Origin: Tubiluchus corallicola
Taxonomy: Eukaryota > Animalia > Priapulida
Assembly: GCA_030141605.1 (NCBI GenBank)
Contig: JAQGDQ010000025.1
Location: forward strand, 726,907 to 790,906
Direction of reading: 5' to 3'
Length of the DNA: 64,000 bases
The notes beneath the pieces were generated by a model, which had not been told where the DNA came from, did not search any database, and worked only from the letters and a program-made list of their open reading frames with translations. Below are positions 40,506 to 53,280 of this stretch, piece by piece. The position numbers and the translations under genes were made by a program. Position 1 is the first letter of the stretch, and each line of letters opens with the position of its first letter.

Positions 40506-40742
40506 ATGTTGAACTGGATGCGTGACCCTGTGCCACTCAGCGGTCTGGAAGAAGCTGGCAGCTTTGACTGCTCACATCTAGGATCCAGGCCAAACCTTTG
40601 TCAGAAGTTCAACCTGTGTGTGTACTACAACATAACCTACCCACCAAACTCCGTAGAACATCAAGGAGAACGTTCCTTCCAAACTTGCAACGACTGCCCT
40701 CTAGTTTATCCATGGGTTGGGAATCCCTTGGGACTTCTTTAG
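40506..40742 (+). CDS. CDA-like exon 8 (C-terminal Cys-rich tail and stop)
   Basis: tctag|ATG...TAG; LNWMRDP...C...TCNDCPLVYPWVGNPLG, the characteristic CDA C-terminus. Confidence 0.95.
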   Translation: MLNWMRDPVPLSGLEEAGSFDCSHLGSRPNLCQKFNLCVYYNITYPPNSVEHQGERSFQTCNDCPLVYPWVGNPLGLL

Positions 40743-41894
40743 ATTGTCAAGAATACCAAAGACAGGCGGTTAACATTCTACATTGTTCTTTATATCTTAA
40801 TTTTTGGAAATGGTAAACAAGACGTTTTTCAAGCAGTTATTTAGCATCTTGTATGCTAGAAAGCAACTATTGTACTCGTAATATTTGTTGACTTCGTGTT
40901 ATTGGATGTATTTTATTAGCTACAAAGTATGCTTGTATATTGTGTGTATGTATTTATATATCTCTTATACATCAAGTCTCATAGACAGGTGTCGGAATCT
41001 AGAACTAATATACAAAGCGTTTGTGATATTATTGTGTAAACTCGTGAATAACAGGGCATGAATTCACGAAAACCCGAAATCGTGTGTTGTCTGTCTGTTA
41101 AGCTTGTATTTGTATTTGTAGAGTTGTTTAGATAAACTAATATAATAATATAGGCACTGTTATATACATGGTATTTTATAGTTGATGATCAAGAATTAAT
41201 GTTGTTGTTTACTAATGTTTTCAATTTTTACCAGTATTTATTTTATTTATTAACTTTCATTTTTGGGCAGCTGCAAACAGTTGTATTGGTGAAGTGTATG
41301 AAAACGTACTAATCTGTGGTGTAATTTTTTCCAAGTGATATAGTTAGTGGACACGTTTTTTCTTGAAAATAACATTGGTATGTAAGCTTTCGTATTATTT
41401 ATTAACATTGTAATTGGAAACCACGAGGCTATTAGCCCTGCAGTTCCAACAGCAATAATTAACTTATGGTAATAAAATTTACGTTAGGTAAACCAAAAAT
41501 ACATTTTCCATGTTGACTAGACTAATTCACAAATTTTATTTTTACGTGTATCCCAGCGTGGTACGAGTTTTATTATCCATGTTTTCATTTTGTTCTAATT
41601 AGTATAATCAATTAATGAGTTAGTGTCATGACGTCACTTCATATGCAATAAATATACCGTACATGTACCAACCAATAATAAATTTTTGTTGTGCTTTAAA
41701 ACAAACATTATGTATTATTATATTGTTCTTATTATTTAATATAATCGTTTCGAATTTGTAACTCGCGGATGGCTAAGTCCAAAATCTGACGAAGTTTAAT
41801 GAAACAAAAAATCTCTGAGAAAGAGGTAGGACAAACACAATGTGGTGCGTCAAAATCACATGAGAATACATAATATGTATAATGCTAACCTAGG

Positions 41895-41925
<31 letters not shown>

Positions 41926-42094
41926 CTTATATCTGATAGCTACATCTATATAAGATGGCTATTTATAATGATATATACATATAATATATATAAATTACAC
42001 AGATGACATCCAATTATAGAATACAAACATTGCAAACAACAACAACGCTTGAAAAGTAGAAGTATAACCAAATTAGCTGTCTTTATATATATAT

Positions 42095-42660
42095 AATATC
42101 ATTTATTCGTACTCGTGATACAATCAGCAAAACAGATTAACAAGCAAAATAACATTAATTAACAAGATTTGTAAGCAAGGTGAATATATACAATCAAGTG
42201 AGAGTAAGATATGTTAGTATGGCGTACAACTCATTCCTGTCTCAAAAATCAAAACAATTACGTTCCAGAGCCCATATAACTTCTTTAATGAAGTTTACAG
42301 TCCGTATTTGTTTTTTGCTAGCATTACTTCTTACGTGTAATGTACAGGAAAAACCTTAGAAAGAAAATTTTCATTTCTATAAAAAGTTTTGTACTCGTTG
42401 CGAACATATAGCAAATTATAACTCGTTATAGAAGATGCATGAAATCGAGAATTTGTGCAAAGAAATTGGCTATATGATTTTCACTATATAAGCTACTATG
42501 GTAATCGTTTCTGTAACTGTGTAAGTGGGGGAACAGTATCACATATAAAAGGAAGAAGTATTTGTGTGATCTAAACGGCAAATTCGAAGTTTTCTTATTA
42601 CAATATTCCAAGCTGTACTTAATTTAGAACTGTGACAGTAGCTTTAAACCTGTGATTTTA
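42095..42660 (-). mobile_element. Degraded LINE 3' end
   Basis: Frameshifted minus-strand TAWNIVIRK/SNLPFRSH resembles a LINE post-RT motif; ends in AATAAA next to (TA)n. Confidence 0.45.
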
Positions 42661-44094
42661 AATCTGTGTATAAGCAGGAAAAATTAGCAGTAACACCTCG
42701 CAGCCCATGCTGTTGTAATAGTAGCAGTTTTAACAGCTAGCTGGAACCTTACCTAGTTCATTATTTCTTGTTCCCAAGCAAGATCCTACTAGCAAATCAC
42801 TCTACGCATAGACTAACGCATAATTAAATAAAGTCCACGCAAAACAACTGAAGTTACTGAATTGATGCGGCAGACGACTTTGTGACTTTAGTGTGGTACA
42901 CTTAACGTTTGACCTATAGCAACTGTGCGTGCGCACAACGAAACTGTAAAAATGCTTGTTATTCTTGCCTCAGCCAGGCTATAAGCAAACTGAACAAACA
43001 GCACATATAGGAACTAACTCAGGGAGCATTTAAAACACAAGAAAAACCTTCACTTACATAAAGGTTAAAAAATTCGTCTTGAAATTTTACATCACTAACG
43101 TACTGTGTTTTTGCATACAGGGCTTGCGTCGGCAATAGCGCTGTACAAAACTTGTAAATTTTATCTCCCGCGGCATGCAATTTCGGGCAGAATATTGGAG
43201 ACTGGGGCAATTTGCTTTCCAACTAAGCAAGGAAACTTCAATCAATTTCTGTGTCGCATCGGAATAGAAGACAATGAGGCTATGTGTGTGTGGACTGTCC
43301 CATCAGACACCAGATCATTTATTATTTTATTGCCCATTGGTCAACTAAAGGAAGGGGAGGCATTTTATGTTTGAGCTTGCTGATCAAACAACAGATGTCA
43401 TATTTTTAAAGCAGGACAAAAGTATAATTACTGCATTTTTGGACTTGGTGAAAGATGACCACATTGTGAAAACGTTGACTAATCGCTAAGATACGTTTAT
43501 TTACAGAACAACTATTTTTACTTCTATGATGTTTTTGTTTACGTATATTTACAAATTATCATTAGTTTACTAATGTACTAGAGTTATAGAAATCTAATGA
43601 AAGACAATAGTGGTGTAATAACTTAATTATAATTCTAATGTGATCATTACAGCAACTTAGTAATACTTTACAATACCTAAACATTTTGCTTATATTTTGT
43701 ACATTCTAACGTATTTGTTTATACTTATGTAAGGTGATGTTGAGTGATTTGTATATGTTGGTGATTTGTATATAATTTACACAGTTGCTTTTATTTTTGT
43801 GTAATTGTATTTATGTATTTATGTGTGTCACTAATATCTGCACATAATTTTTCCTTTTTAATCTGATGTTTTGAGCTTGCAAGTAGAGGCGTAACAAGAG
43901 ATTTATCATCATCAATAACTTCCACGATGACCGTTAGACGCAGCCATTTTGACGATAAGTCATTTGAAACATAGTTTATATAACACTGAGTAAAGTTTGA
44001 AAAAATAATCAGAGCATTCGTGGCGCACACGTCACTAACCAATTAAAATTTTTAATCACTGTATCTTGTCGATAAGATTAAAAATACGCTTCTT

Positions 44095-44263
44095 GGTTAG
44101 TGAGTGGTGCACCCTGGAGGGCGATTCAACGACATTTTACCAATTTATTGAAGACATTTTAAATCATTAATATTTTTTTCTAGTTATCTAAGTCTTTCAA
44201 TCAGGTAAGAAAAATGCTAAGTAATATAACTTTGCATGGAAAGTTTTTTGGGACATACTTTAA
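44095..44263 (+). repeat. Dispersed repeat 3' end, homologous to 7430-7587
   Basis: Same blocks as 7430-7587, ending ggga.atactTTAA. Confidence 0.6.
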
Positions 44264-44539
44264 CATTTTCTCTTCTTCCGCTGATTTACGTTGTGCGTAT
44301 ATGACGTCATGCAATGGTTGGAACAGTATTGCGGGAGATTTAAAATGAAAACAACAAATAAAAAATCCTTTCAACACGAGTACGACAGACGCGTAAAATT
44401 GCTATAAAGCAATATAAATTTTTAAAGCGATTTTTCTGAAACCTGCTTCATGTACTCCATGTCCTTTAACTGGATTTCAAGCGCTGAATTGAAAGAAATT
44501 TATTTCACGAATCAATGACATTCGTATGGCAATTTTACA

Positions 44540-44572
<33 letters not shown>

Positions 44573-47059
44573 AAGTATAATATATAAAATAATCTTGTCA
44601 TTTTCAATAAATAAATAAATAAATATACATATATTTATTACTTTTTTACTTTTTTACTTTCTATTGTAAACTCTGATATTTTAAATCTAAATTCTTTAAA
44701 CTGTGGATCAATGTTTTAACTTCTTGATGATATTGTAAATATTAATTGTACGTTTTTGTGGCTTTTATGCTGAAATAAATAGTAATAAATCAACAATCAA
44801 TCAATCAATAAATCATATAGACATGTCATCTTGAAAATCAAACTGGATTAGTTTATATCGGTGTAAACTCATTAGAAATTTCTTTTGTCACTTATTTAAC
44901 GTGAAAATTACTTTATTTAAAAGTTAACGTACAAATTATTATGATTTATCGGTTTGGGATAATTTCAGTAATGGTGTGTTGAACAGACTAAGAGTTGCTT
45001 ATAATAATGACAATCGTAAACTGTTTTCGCATAGATTTGATTGTAGTGATTCTGCTATGTGAGTTAATCTTAGTCTAACACATTTCTTGTCTTTGAGAAG
45101 AAAACGTTACTATAGTATTAGGCAGCGAGTTTTCACTTCCGAAAATAATTTTTTACTTTCTATTGTGAACTCTGCTGTGTATATTAAATCGAATATTTTT
45201 AAAATATATATGTACATATATGTGTATATATCTATATATATATGTATCCGATAGATAAAATTTATCTATAGACAATACGATAGATAAGATAGATGTACAT
45301 ATATACGATAGATAAAATTTTACTGCAACATATCTTATAAGTCTTTATAATAATATGTAACGTCTTTCACATCCTTAAAAATCGAAATTTGTCGGAGAGA
45401 AACAGTTGATAAAATGAAAGGAAGATGACGGTGTGTGTTGCAGCAACATTAGTATTAGTGATTATTGTAGCTAAAATTTTAAAATGTATGCGTAAACTTT
45501 ACTTTTTGTTGTTTAAGGAAAATCTTCGGATAGTTACCGGTTTTTTATTACTTTTGTTAATTACTAAATTTTGGTTACTTTTACGCATGAACTATGAAGT
45601 CATTTCAGACAGTTAAGTAATAATTAAAAAATCGAATCGTGCTAGTTCCAAATTCTGTTTTTGAATGTTTCCCCTTACCACTTTGAGGTTTCTAAAACTC
45701 GACTGGCTTCGTTGCTAAGCTCCCACTTGCTACGAACAGATACGTCAAACTCTGAGAGTCGAGGAAGCCAGCTAGAACACTGCAGGATTTCTCAAAATAA
45801 TTAAATTATCATGCAGATATTTTGCAAATATTCTGCAGATGAGAGGATAAGAGGCCTAATACGCCAATAAATCAGTTTAAACGATGAAATTGCCCAGACT
45901 GGCAGATTTTTGTTATTTTAGTTCGCACTTATCTCACCGCGAAATCAAAGTGTTGCAACAAACCAGTAAATTGTTAAAGCAAACCAGCGTAGAAAATGAG
46001 CCGATAAATGTAGAAAATAGATAGGTTTAGTGGATAGATATATTTATTTGAGTTTAATAGTTTGAGCGATTAAAGGCAGGCATGGCGCCAGTTGCAAGAA
46101 GTAAATCTTTAATCACAGATAGTTTTACTATTTATTCAGATACTCTGCAAGCTGGCACCAAGTACTCAACAGAAAAACCTACTAGCAGGCAATTGATAGC
46201 TGTAGTATGTAGATATTTGTGGCGCGACTGGAACCTGCCATTATCACGGATAATTAATTAAAAAGAGTCGATGCACGTTTTTTTGCCAAATGTGGATACG
46301 TAGACATCTTCCCTCAACGAGGTAAATAATTTAGAGCTGTTTGGCACATGAAACCGCCTGGAAATAGTTAGCAGGGCGATATGTGACCCCATTCACTGAC
46401 AAAACATGATATGGAATCGTAAACATTTATACGATAGTTGTATGATATTTCTTAATGATTTCTAGTACTGTGACTGTCCTCACGCGAGAGGATTTTACAT
46501 AGGCTCTTTTTTATAGACGTGTTAGCCAATCACCTTGTACCATTATAAGAGTTCACCTGTTCACGTGTGTATCGTTCCAATTTTTTGTGCACTAATACAG
46601 TTTAAACCAAAGCATGATATAGCTTAACTTCAATAGCTAGGCACATACTCGTGTCGACTCCGCTATTCTGAATTGAAAGTTTCGAACAGTATCAATTGGG
46701 ATAGGCTCACCACCTTTTTTCTTTTCATAATCTTTTTTCATTTCCTATTTTTTGTTCTACCGCGTCTTCTGACAGCGATGGAAATGTTGATGGTGATGTA
46801 ATGATGACGATAACAACAAAAATCGCCTTGAGACTCTGTATTGAAGAAAGATATAACACAAAAATGTTATCATGATGTGAAGCAAAATTGTAATAGGATG
46901 AATACGAAATAACATTTCAACAAATCATGAATTTCATTCCTGAATTGAGAACCTCTATTTGACCACTTTTATGTTTACCTTTTTGATAAAAGGTTTTATA
47001 AAAACACAGTGACACAGTAATATTCGAAGTAACAGAGTGATGGTGGTGGCGCTGAAAGC

Positions 47060-47227
47060 AGCAACATTAGCAGTTACAATAGTAGCAGTAGTAGTGGCAG
47101 TAACAGCAACAACAATGACAAGTGCAACCACACAACAGTCGCAACGACAGCGACAGCGACAACAACAAAAACAAAAACAACAACAACAGCAACAGCAGCA
47201 CTACTACTACTGCTGCTGCTGCTGCTG

Positions 47228-47288
<61 letters not shown>

Positions 47289-47290
47289 AG
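47060..47290. repeat. Compound trinucleotide microsatellite (CAA/CAG, CTG, CTA)
   Basis: Directly visible; explains the poly-Q, -Y, -T and -S pseudo-ORFs. Confidence 0.95.
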
Positions 47291-47481
47291 TAATTGGCTC
47301 CAACTGCAGTAACTATTTGTTCCGCCACCAGCTGCTGGCTTTACCAGTGACAGTAACATAGTTATCAAGCTACTAACGAAGCAGGCATGATAAAATAACT
47401 CTTTGTGACCGCAGAGCAATCAACATATCATGTTTACTACGAGCGCGTACTCTCGCAGCAGCTGAATGATGAGTCTCTCAC

Positions 47482-47492
47482 TGCGCATGCGC
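47482..47492 (+). promoter_or_regulatory. NRF1/EWG-type motif in a CpG-rich promoter of the PRDM gene
   Basis: TGCGCATGCGC about 110 bp upstream of the candidate ATG at 47603. Confidence 0.5.
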
Positions 47493-47602
47493 GCGTAAAC
47501 TGATAGTTTTGGAAGACAGTCTTAAGCGCTTCTTCGAGTTTTTAGCTCCAGATACTACTAATCGTGGTTTAAGTTGGCAAGATCCGCAAGATAGAGTTTT
47601 TC

Positions 47603-47616
47603 ATGGTAACAAGCAG
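47603..47616 (+). CDS. Candidate first coding segment of the PRDM gene (MVTSS)
   Basis: ATG GTA ACA AGC AG|gtacg; phase 2 splices in frame to cag|C TTG CAA at 50244; the ATG at 50254 is an alternative start. Confidence 0.5.
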
Positions 47617-50068
47617 GTACGGAAGATTATGAAAATAATTTTTCGCATAAAAGGCGATTTTGTGAATCTGTACTTAGGCAAAATTTTTATCGTTTTTTTA
47701 TTGTTCACTAAGATACATGCTTCAAATCACGAAAGCTAATAGCATAATCAATAAGTAATTGGATTGTTTGCTTTAAGGGGTATTTTTGAAACTGTTTGAG
47801 CTAGATGATAACTTAAACATAGTAAACGTATATTGCTTATGGGCAACTTGAATAGGGTTTTGAACCAATGATTAGTTTAAAAAGCTGCTTTTGCGTGTTT
47901 TGGTTTCCTTGAGACATGCGCACTTGTTGGAAAAAATGTGCAAATTAGGAATTTTTAATTCTCTAATTATTTTAATGACAATCAAATGAATCGCAAAAAA
48001 CGTCACCGATAATGCTGTTAAAAGAGATTTCATTAATAGCACCAGTAATTGCCACATTTATTTGGACAATTTTAATACTATAATTAATTAAACTTAATTA
48101 CAATAATATAATTATAAATCTAATGATGTAGTAATACATGCTTTGCTCAAAAATTTTTAGACGAAGCTAAAAGTTTTGCTGACATTTAACTTGCGAAGTT
48201 TAATGACAGTTTTCAAACTTTTGAATTTTTGCGTGTTGTTTACGACATAGAATTATTAATCGCTCAGAATATTGCTATAAGCTATAAAATGTTTTACACT
48301 AAGAGGTTGGTGCGCCAGGTATATATAAAGTTTATAATTTCATTGTATACGTGTACTTGATTATGTACCTAGCTGTTGCATTTACAACATCCTTATGTTG
48401 TAAAGGATGTTACAACATACTAAATTTCGTTTTCTACTATTTCGGTTACAGTCAATTATTATTAGCACGAAATATAGGCCTAGTTCACAATATATTAAAC
48501 GATATATGTGTTTTGCAATAATGGCAATATTGGTTGGGTGACGGAAAGATATAGTCTGAAATGTGTAAAACCGTTTAAAATAATAAATTCGGCATCGTCT
48601 CGCTTAACAAAACAAAAAACAACAACGATTTTTAACGAACAAAACCAATTGTTGAGATCTTTATTTCTTTGTTTAGCAAAGATTTTGCGAATTGTTATAA
48701 ACGTACACGTTCTTGTTTGTAAATGTTGATTAAAGTTTACTATTTGCTCACAAAACTTACGTTTAACATGTATCATTTTTGCTCCTTTTATAAAGCAGTC
48801 AGCAGCGTTAGTAATTACACGATGCGACATAAAAACTGCCGAACTGACTTAGCCAGTTTAGTACGTATTTTTCACAAAGTACTTTAATTGCAATGTACAA
48901 TAGAAAGAAACTAAACAAGAGCGTTAAAATTCGAATACGTCTGTAAACTTTGAATGCGTAGATTTTTAACGCATAGCTTCGTTTGCCATAGTGCGCTTTT
49001 ACTTTTAAGACTGTAAACCTTTGTTTTTTGCAAAATTATTTGTACGTTGATAGTATTCTGCTTTGTTATTATTATTGTAATGAAAAGATAAAATTACCTG
49101 CACCCTATCGTCTACCTTTTAGCTATCTGTCAACTTTCAGATTACGGACCTGTGTACACGGGAAAAGACGATAAAAACATTTTTATTCAAATAACAAAAC
49201 AGTTAATCTTGATTTTGATGGCATTAAATTCACGAAAAACGCATTTTGCACTTTTAACTGCTCTAAAAATTATTGATTTATAAACTACTATAAATAGGAC
49301 GTAATTAGTAGCCGTAAAACTTTGAATTATAAAAATATCCGGTGAGCATTTTCTAAAATATTCCTGCGATTCATGATATCCGACGTTCGTCGTTTTTCCG
49401 CTGAACGACATCTAAATATCTCAGATTTAAATTTCCCCTCGGAAAATAAACAAGATACGCAAATAAGTTACAGCGTTGATTTTAACTATTTAGGATATAA
49501 TCCAGCACTGATTTATAGCGTAAATGATACGATAAACAATAAACTTGAGCGAGATTAAGTAACGCGAGCAAAAACACGCTTTGCACATTCTGATGCGTAA
49601 AAGAATGTTTGCGTAAAATTCTTTACATCTTTATCGTCAGCCATTTGTTAAATACGAGATATATGACCACACGTCAGCCGATTTGAAAGCAATTTAGTTA
49701 TTTATTATATTGCTTGGCTTCAATATCCGTTTCTAGATAGGTCTTTCTGCCCGCGTGACACATATTTATTGTTTTATGTATAGTGGGGTGTCAAGTGTTT
49801 TACACTGCCCAGACTTAACGTGGTCGCTGTTCAAACTCCAAAAAAGATGCGTATAAGCCATTGGCAAACATCTATGCATATTAATTTCAGCTAAAATAGT
49901 TAGTAATAAGACACCAGTCAATTTTTGCTACTTAGTTTCAAAGAGCCTAGCCGCAACTTGCAGAACTGCAAAATAGATATGAATTGACAGATCAGAGGTT
50001 CCTGCAACGAAAATGGTAGACCTAGCATAAATCTCTCTATAGCAAATAATCGCAGCAACAACAACCAC

Positions 50069-50077
50069 GACAGACAC

Positions 50078-50144
<67 letters not shown>

Positions 50145-50180
50145 GGCAGACAGACAGACAGACAGATAGATAGACAGACA
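50069..50180. repeat. (GACA)n microsatellite
   Basis: Directly visible. Confidence 0.95.
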
Positions 50181-50243
50181 ACAAATAAACGTTACAGACG
50201 TACAGAAATATGTTGGTGTTATTAATTATAACTAATTTTTCAG

Positions 50244-50698
50244 CTTGCAAAACATGGAAGAATTGGGCAGTCCGAAATCAATATCCATAGACAATAAGAA
50301 ATCACATCAACTGGCGAAAAACGCATCTAAGTCATATCACACTAATGCAGATCCACATTTTGAACCTGGACAACTCTTACAACCAAATCCAGCATACTGC
50401 GGTGGAACCGGATCATTTCCACGTCCTGGGCTTGTTCCACAACCCGGAGGCTTCTCACATACTGTGGCCTTGGTACCCAGGGTGCCTCAGCACTGTCCAA
50501 CTACAATACTTTATAACAGTGCGCAATCACCGCCGTTGTCATCATCAACAGCACAAGTACAAGTACCGTTGAACAATAATTACCACAGATTAAGTGACAA
50601 TGAAGAGGAAGAAAAGAAAGATGGTATTCAGAAGTTTCGGCATAGTGATATCGACTTCCTGCTTTACTTTAAAGCTATGTGCAGACCTCTAGTAAACG
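50244..50698 (+). CDS. PRDM6-like gene N-terminal exon (Pro/Gln/Ser-rich region and pre-PR motif)
   Basis: actaat..tttcag| acceptor and AAC G|gtaagt donor; long open frame; KFRHSDIDFLLY resembles the pre-PR motif of PRDM6 (LDYYLYG) and PRDM14 (DLHFVLYG). Confidence 0.72.
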
Positions 50699-50769
50699 GT
50701 AAGTGAAAATTCATTTACATTTCCGATAGTGACTCTTCACTGGTTTAGCTTTATTCTGCATTTATATTG

Positions 50770-50884
50770 TGTATATTGCCCTTACCTGTATTCTTTCGTA
50801 CATATTCTAAAACGCTTGTTTGCATATATATATATATGCAAACAAACGTTTTAGAATATGTACGAAAGAATACAGGTAAGGGCA

Positions 50885-50891
<7 letters not shown>
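50770..50891. repeat. 122-bp loopless palindrome centred on (AT)n
   Basis: Two 61-bp arms are reverse complements with a single mismatch. Confidence 0.95.
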
Positions 50892-50915
<24 letters not shown>

Positions 50916-51252
50916 TGCAAACAAGCAAACAATATATATATATATATTGGTAACAACCTGTTAAAATTTACTTATATCACACGTCTTTATGTAATGTTTA
51001 GTGTTTATTTCTTCCTTCTTTTTGTTTGTGTCTTTTTAATTACGTTTAGTATTTTTTCACTTATTTATTTTAATGCATTTATTTTTTATTAATTTATTTT
51101 TCTGTGTTTTGTTTAGTTAATTCGGCTATTTTAAAATTTTTTATAGGCCTCCTTTTTTTACTTTTTACCTCAAACTAGCTGTCCATTGTGGCGACCAGCG
51201 GTTCTAGCTTCATAGTAGATAATTCCTAAAAAAACTCGCCAGTTATCTTTAA

Positions 51253-51866
51253 AGGAAGACAGGATGATTTTTCATATACTACCCCATTTTCAAATCCTAT
51301 AAAAAGTATACATTTTAAAACGATTAATACTGCAAAAGCATTTCTGATAATTAAATAATAGATTAAAATCTTAATTAACGGGAGCGAGCCCAACTATTGA
51401 TAACATAATTTTCAACAGCAAAAATATTCCACGAGCGTGTTGTACGTATTTGCAAAAGCGAAAATTGAAGTACAGAGCTACTGTAAGATATTCAGTGTGT
51501 TCTACTAAAACTCGGTAATTCTTAAGATAAAAATTCAATATTTATAAGTTTTATATTTACCGTTCTGGTCGCGCATGAGCTGTCGACCGTGTGCAGTTCA
51601 TCACAAACTAACACATCTCAAGTGAGAGGTACAGCACCTGTTTTTTGTGCAATGCGTTTCCGAAATGCAGGCGCTAATGCCCTCTAACTAGAGAATGGCG
51701 AAATGCACGTAATAGCGAAGAACTAGTGGCGCGAATGCGAAATTGTGTTTGTGTGGTAATAATTCTTTCAAGTAAGTCGTTTTTGAAAAAAATAATATGT
51801 TTCCTATCAATATTTTAAAGTGTAGATTGTTTTGACCTACAGTTTAAGATTGGATCCGGTTTTGCT
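51253..51866 (+). mobile_element. Kolobok-like MITE, about 614 bp
   Basis: TTAA|AGGAAGACAGGA ... TCCGGTTTTGCT|TTAA; imperfect TIR, TTAA duplication, AG...CT termini; homologous to 9441-10041. Confidence 0.78.
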
Positions 51867-52704
51867 TTAAGTGACTTGAAGAATTCTCCTTGTGTGCAAC
51901 ATTTTTGCACAGAATTATTTCAGCTTAATTAATGTAGTCCTTGACAAACAAAACATGAAATCAACAACAACTGGTCGCTGTCGATGACCAGCTGGTTTGG
52001 TTCTGTCCCCGTAAATGCTAGGAAAATTTTGTTTCACCTCCTGTGGGCTAAAAACCTCATGTTATCAGGAAGGGGCTTTGGTTTAAATAACACAAACAAT
52101 CAGTCTCTGGTAGAACTGCAAAGAAAGGTAAACAAAGATTTGATAGCACAGAGTAAAACTAATTTACTTCTTATGAATAATTATACATACGAGTTTTATA
52201 TTTATTTGTCTTTAGGAAAACGATAACACGTACACGTCGCAATAACATATGTAAGTGTTTGGCGGTCTGCGGCTTCTTAAATCACTTTTACTAGGAGTTC
52301 TAGGCAACATGTGGTTTGTTAAACCAGAGAAAAAATTTACTAACGTCTTTACTTCTAAAAACATTTTGTGAAAAATGAGTCATCGCGAAATGACTTAAAA
52401 TTAGTCGTTCGTTCGTTCGTTCGTTCTTTCGTCTATCAAGGACATACCAGTGACCAGGTACCATCTTAAGACAAAAAATCTCTTGTCAGTTTCTCTTTCG
52501 CAGTCATATGCATGACCCACTTTTTCAAAGTTATAAAGTGGCATTTCTGTGGAAAATTTGTCACTTTTCCCCGTCTGCACAAGCATTTTCCCCGTCGGGT
52601 GAAATTTGTAATGAAATGTGAATTAGTTTAAACAATATTTTTTATTTGATAAGAAGCACTACAATAATAAGTAAAGGATGTTAGGGGAAACTTTTTTTAA
52701 TGAT

Positions 52705-53280
52705 ATAACCATAATTTCAGTTTTCTGTGCATTAAAATTGATAAGCCATTACTGAGCCCATAAACGTATTTTGCAAAGGTCGCCATTTAAGAAACTAGCG
52801 GATAATCTGGCATTCCCGACAGAAAGAAACAGGAAGGTATCGTCAGCAAAGAGTCGTATTTCAGAGTTGATATCACTTACTAAATCATGTATGTATACTG
52901 AAAGAGGAGGACCCAAGAACAGAGCCCTGGGGTACGCCTACAGAAATATTTCTCCAGCTAAAGGAACATCCATTGGTAACTACTCTTTGCTGACGATCTG
53001 AAAGGTAAGACTTGAACCAGCGGTATAGTTGCCTAGTAATTCCAATGGTTCTTAATTTCTGCAGAAGACCGTTGTGCCATACTCGGTCAAAAGCCTTTGA
53101 GATGTCACAAAGACTACACGTACATTCTTACTATTGTTAAGAGGTTCAACAATGTAGTTGTAGAAATATAACAGTTGGTTTGCTGTAGAATCTCCCGGGA
53201 AAAAGCCAGACTGGTTTGGAGTGAGTAGAGTATTGGCCTGTAAGAAGTTATAGAAATTAATAAATACACATCTTTCAAAA
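52705..53280 (-). mobile_element. CR1/L2-group LINE reverse transcriptase fragment
   Basis: Minus strand reads FERCVF...NQSGFSPGDSTANQL...CDISKAFDRVWHNGLL...SYLSDRQQRV...GVPQGSVLGP...IRLFADDT...WLINFNAQKTE. Confidence 0.92.

Noticed and set aside
47037-47361. Poly-Q, -Y, -T and -V ORFs
   Set aside because: Compound trinucleotide microsatellite with no splice or homology support.
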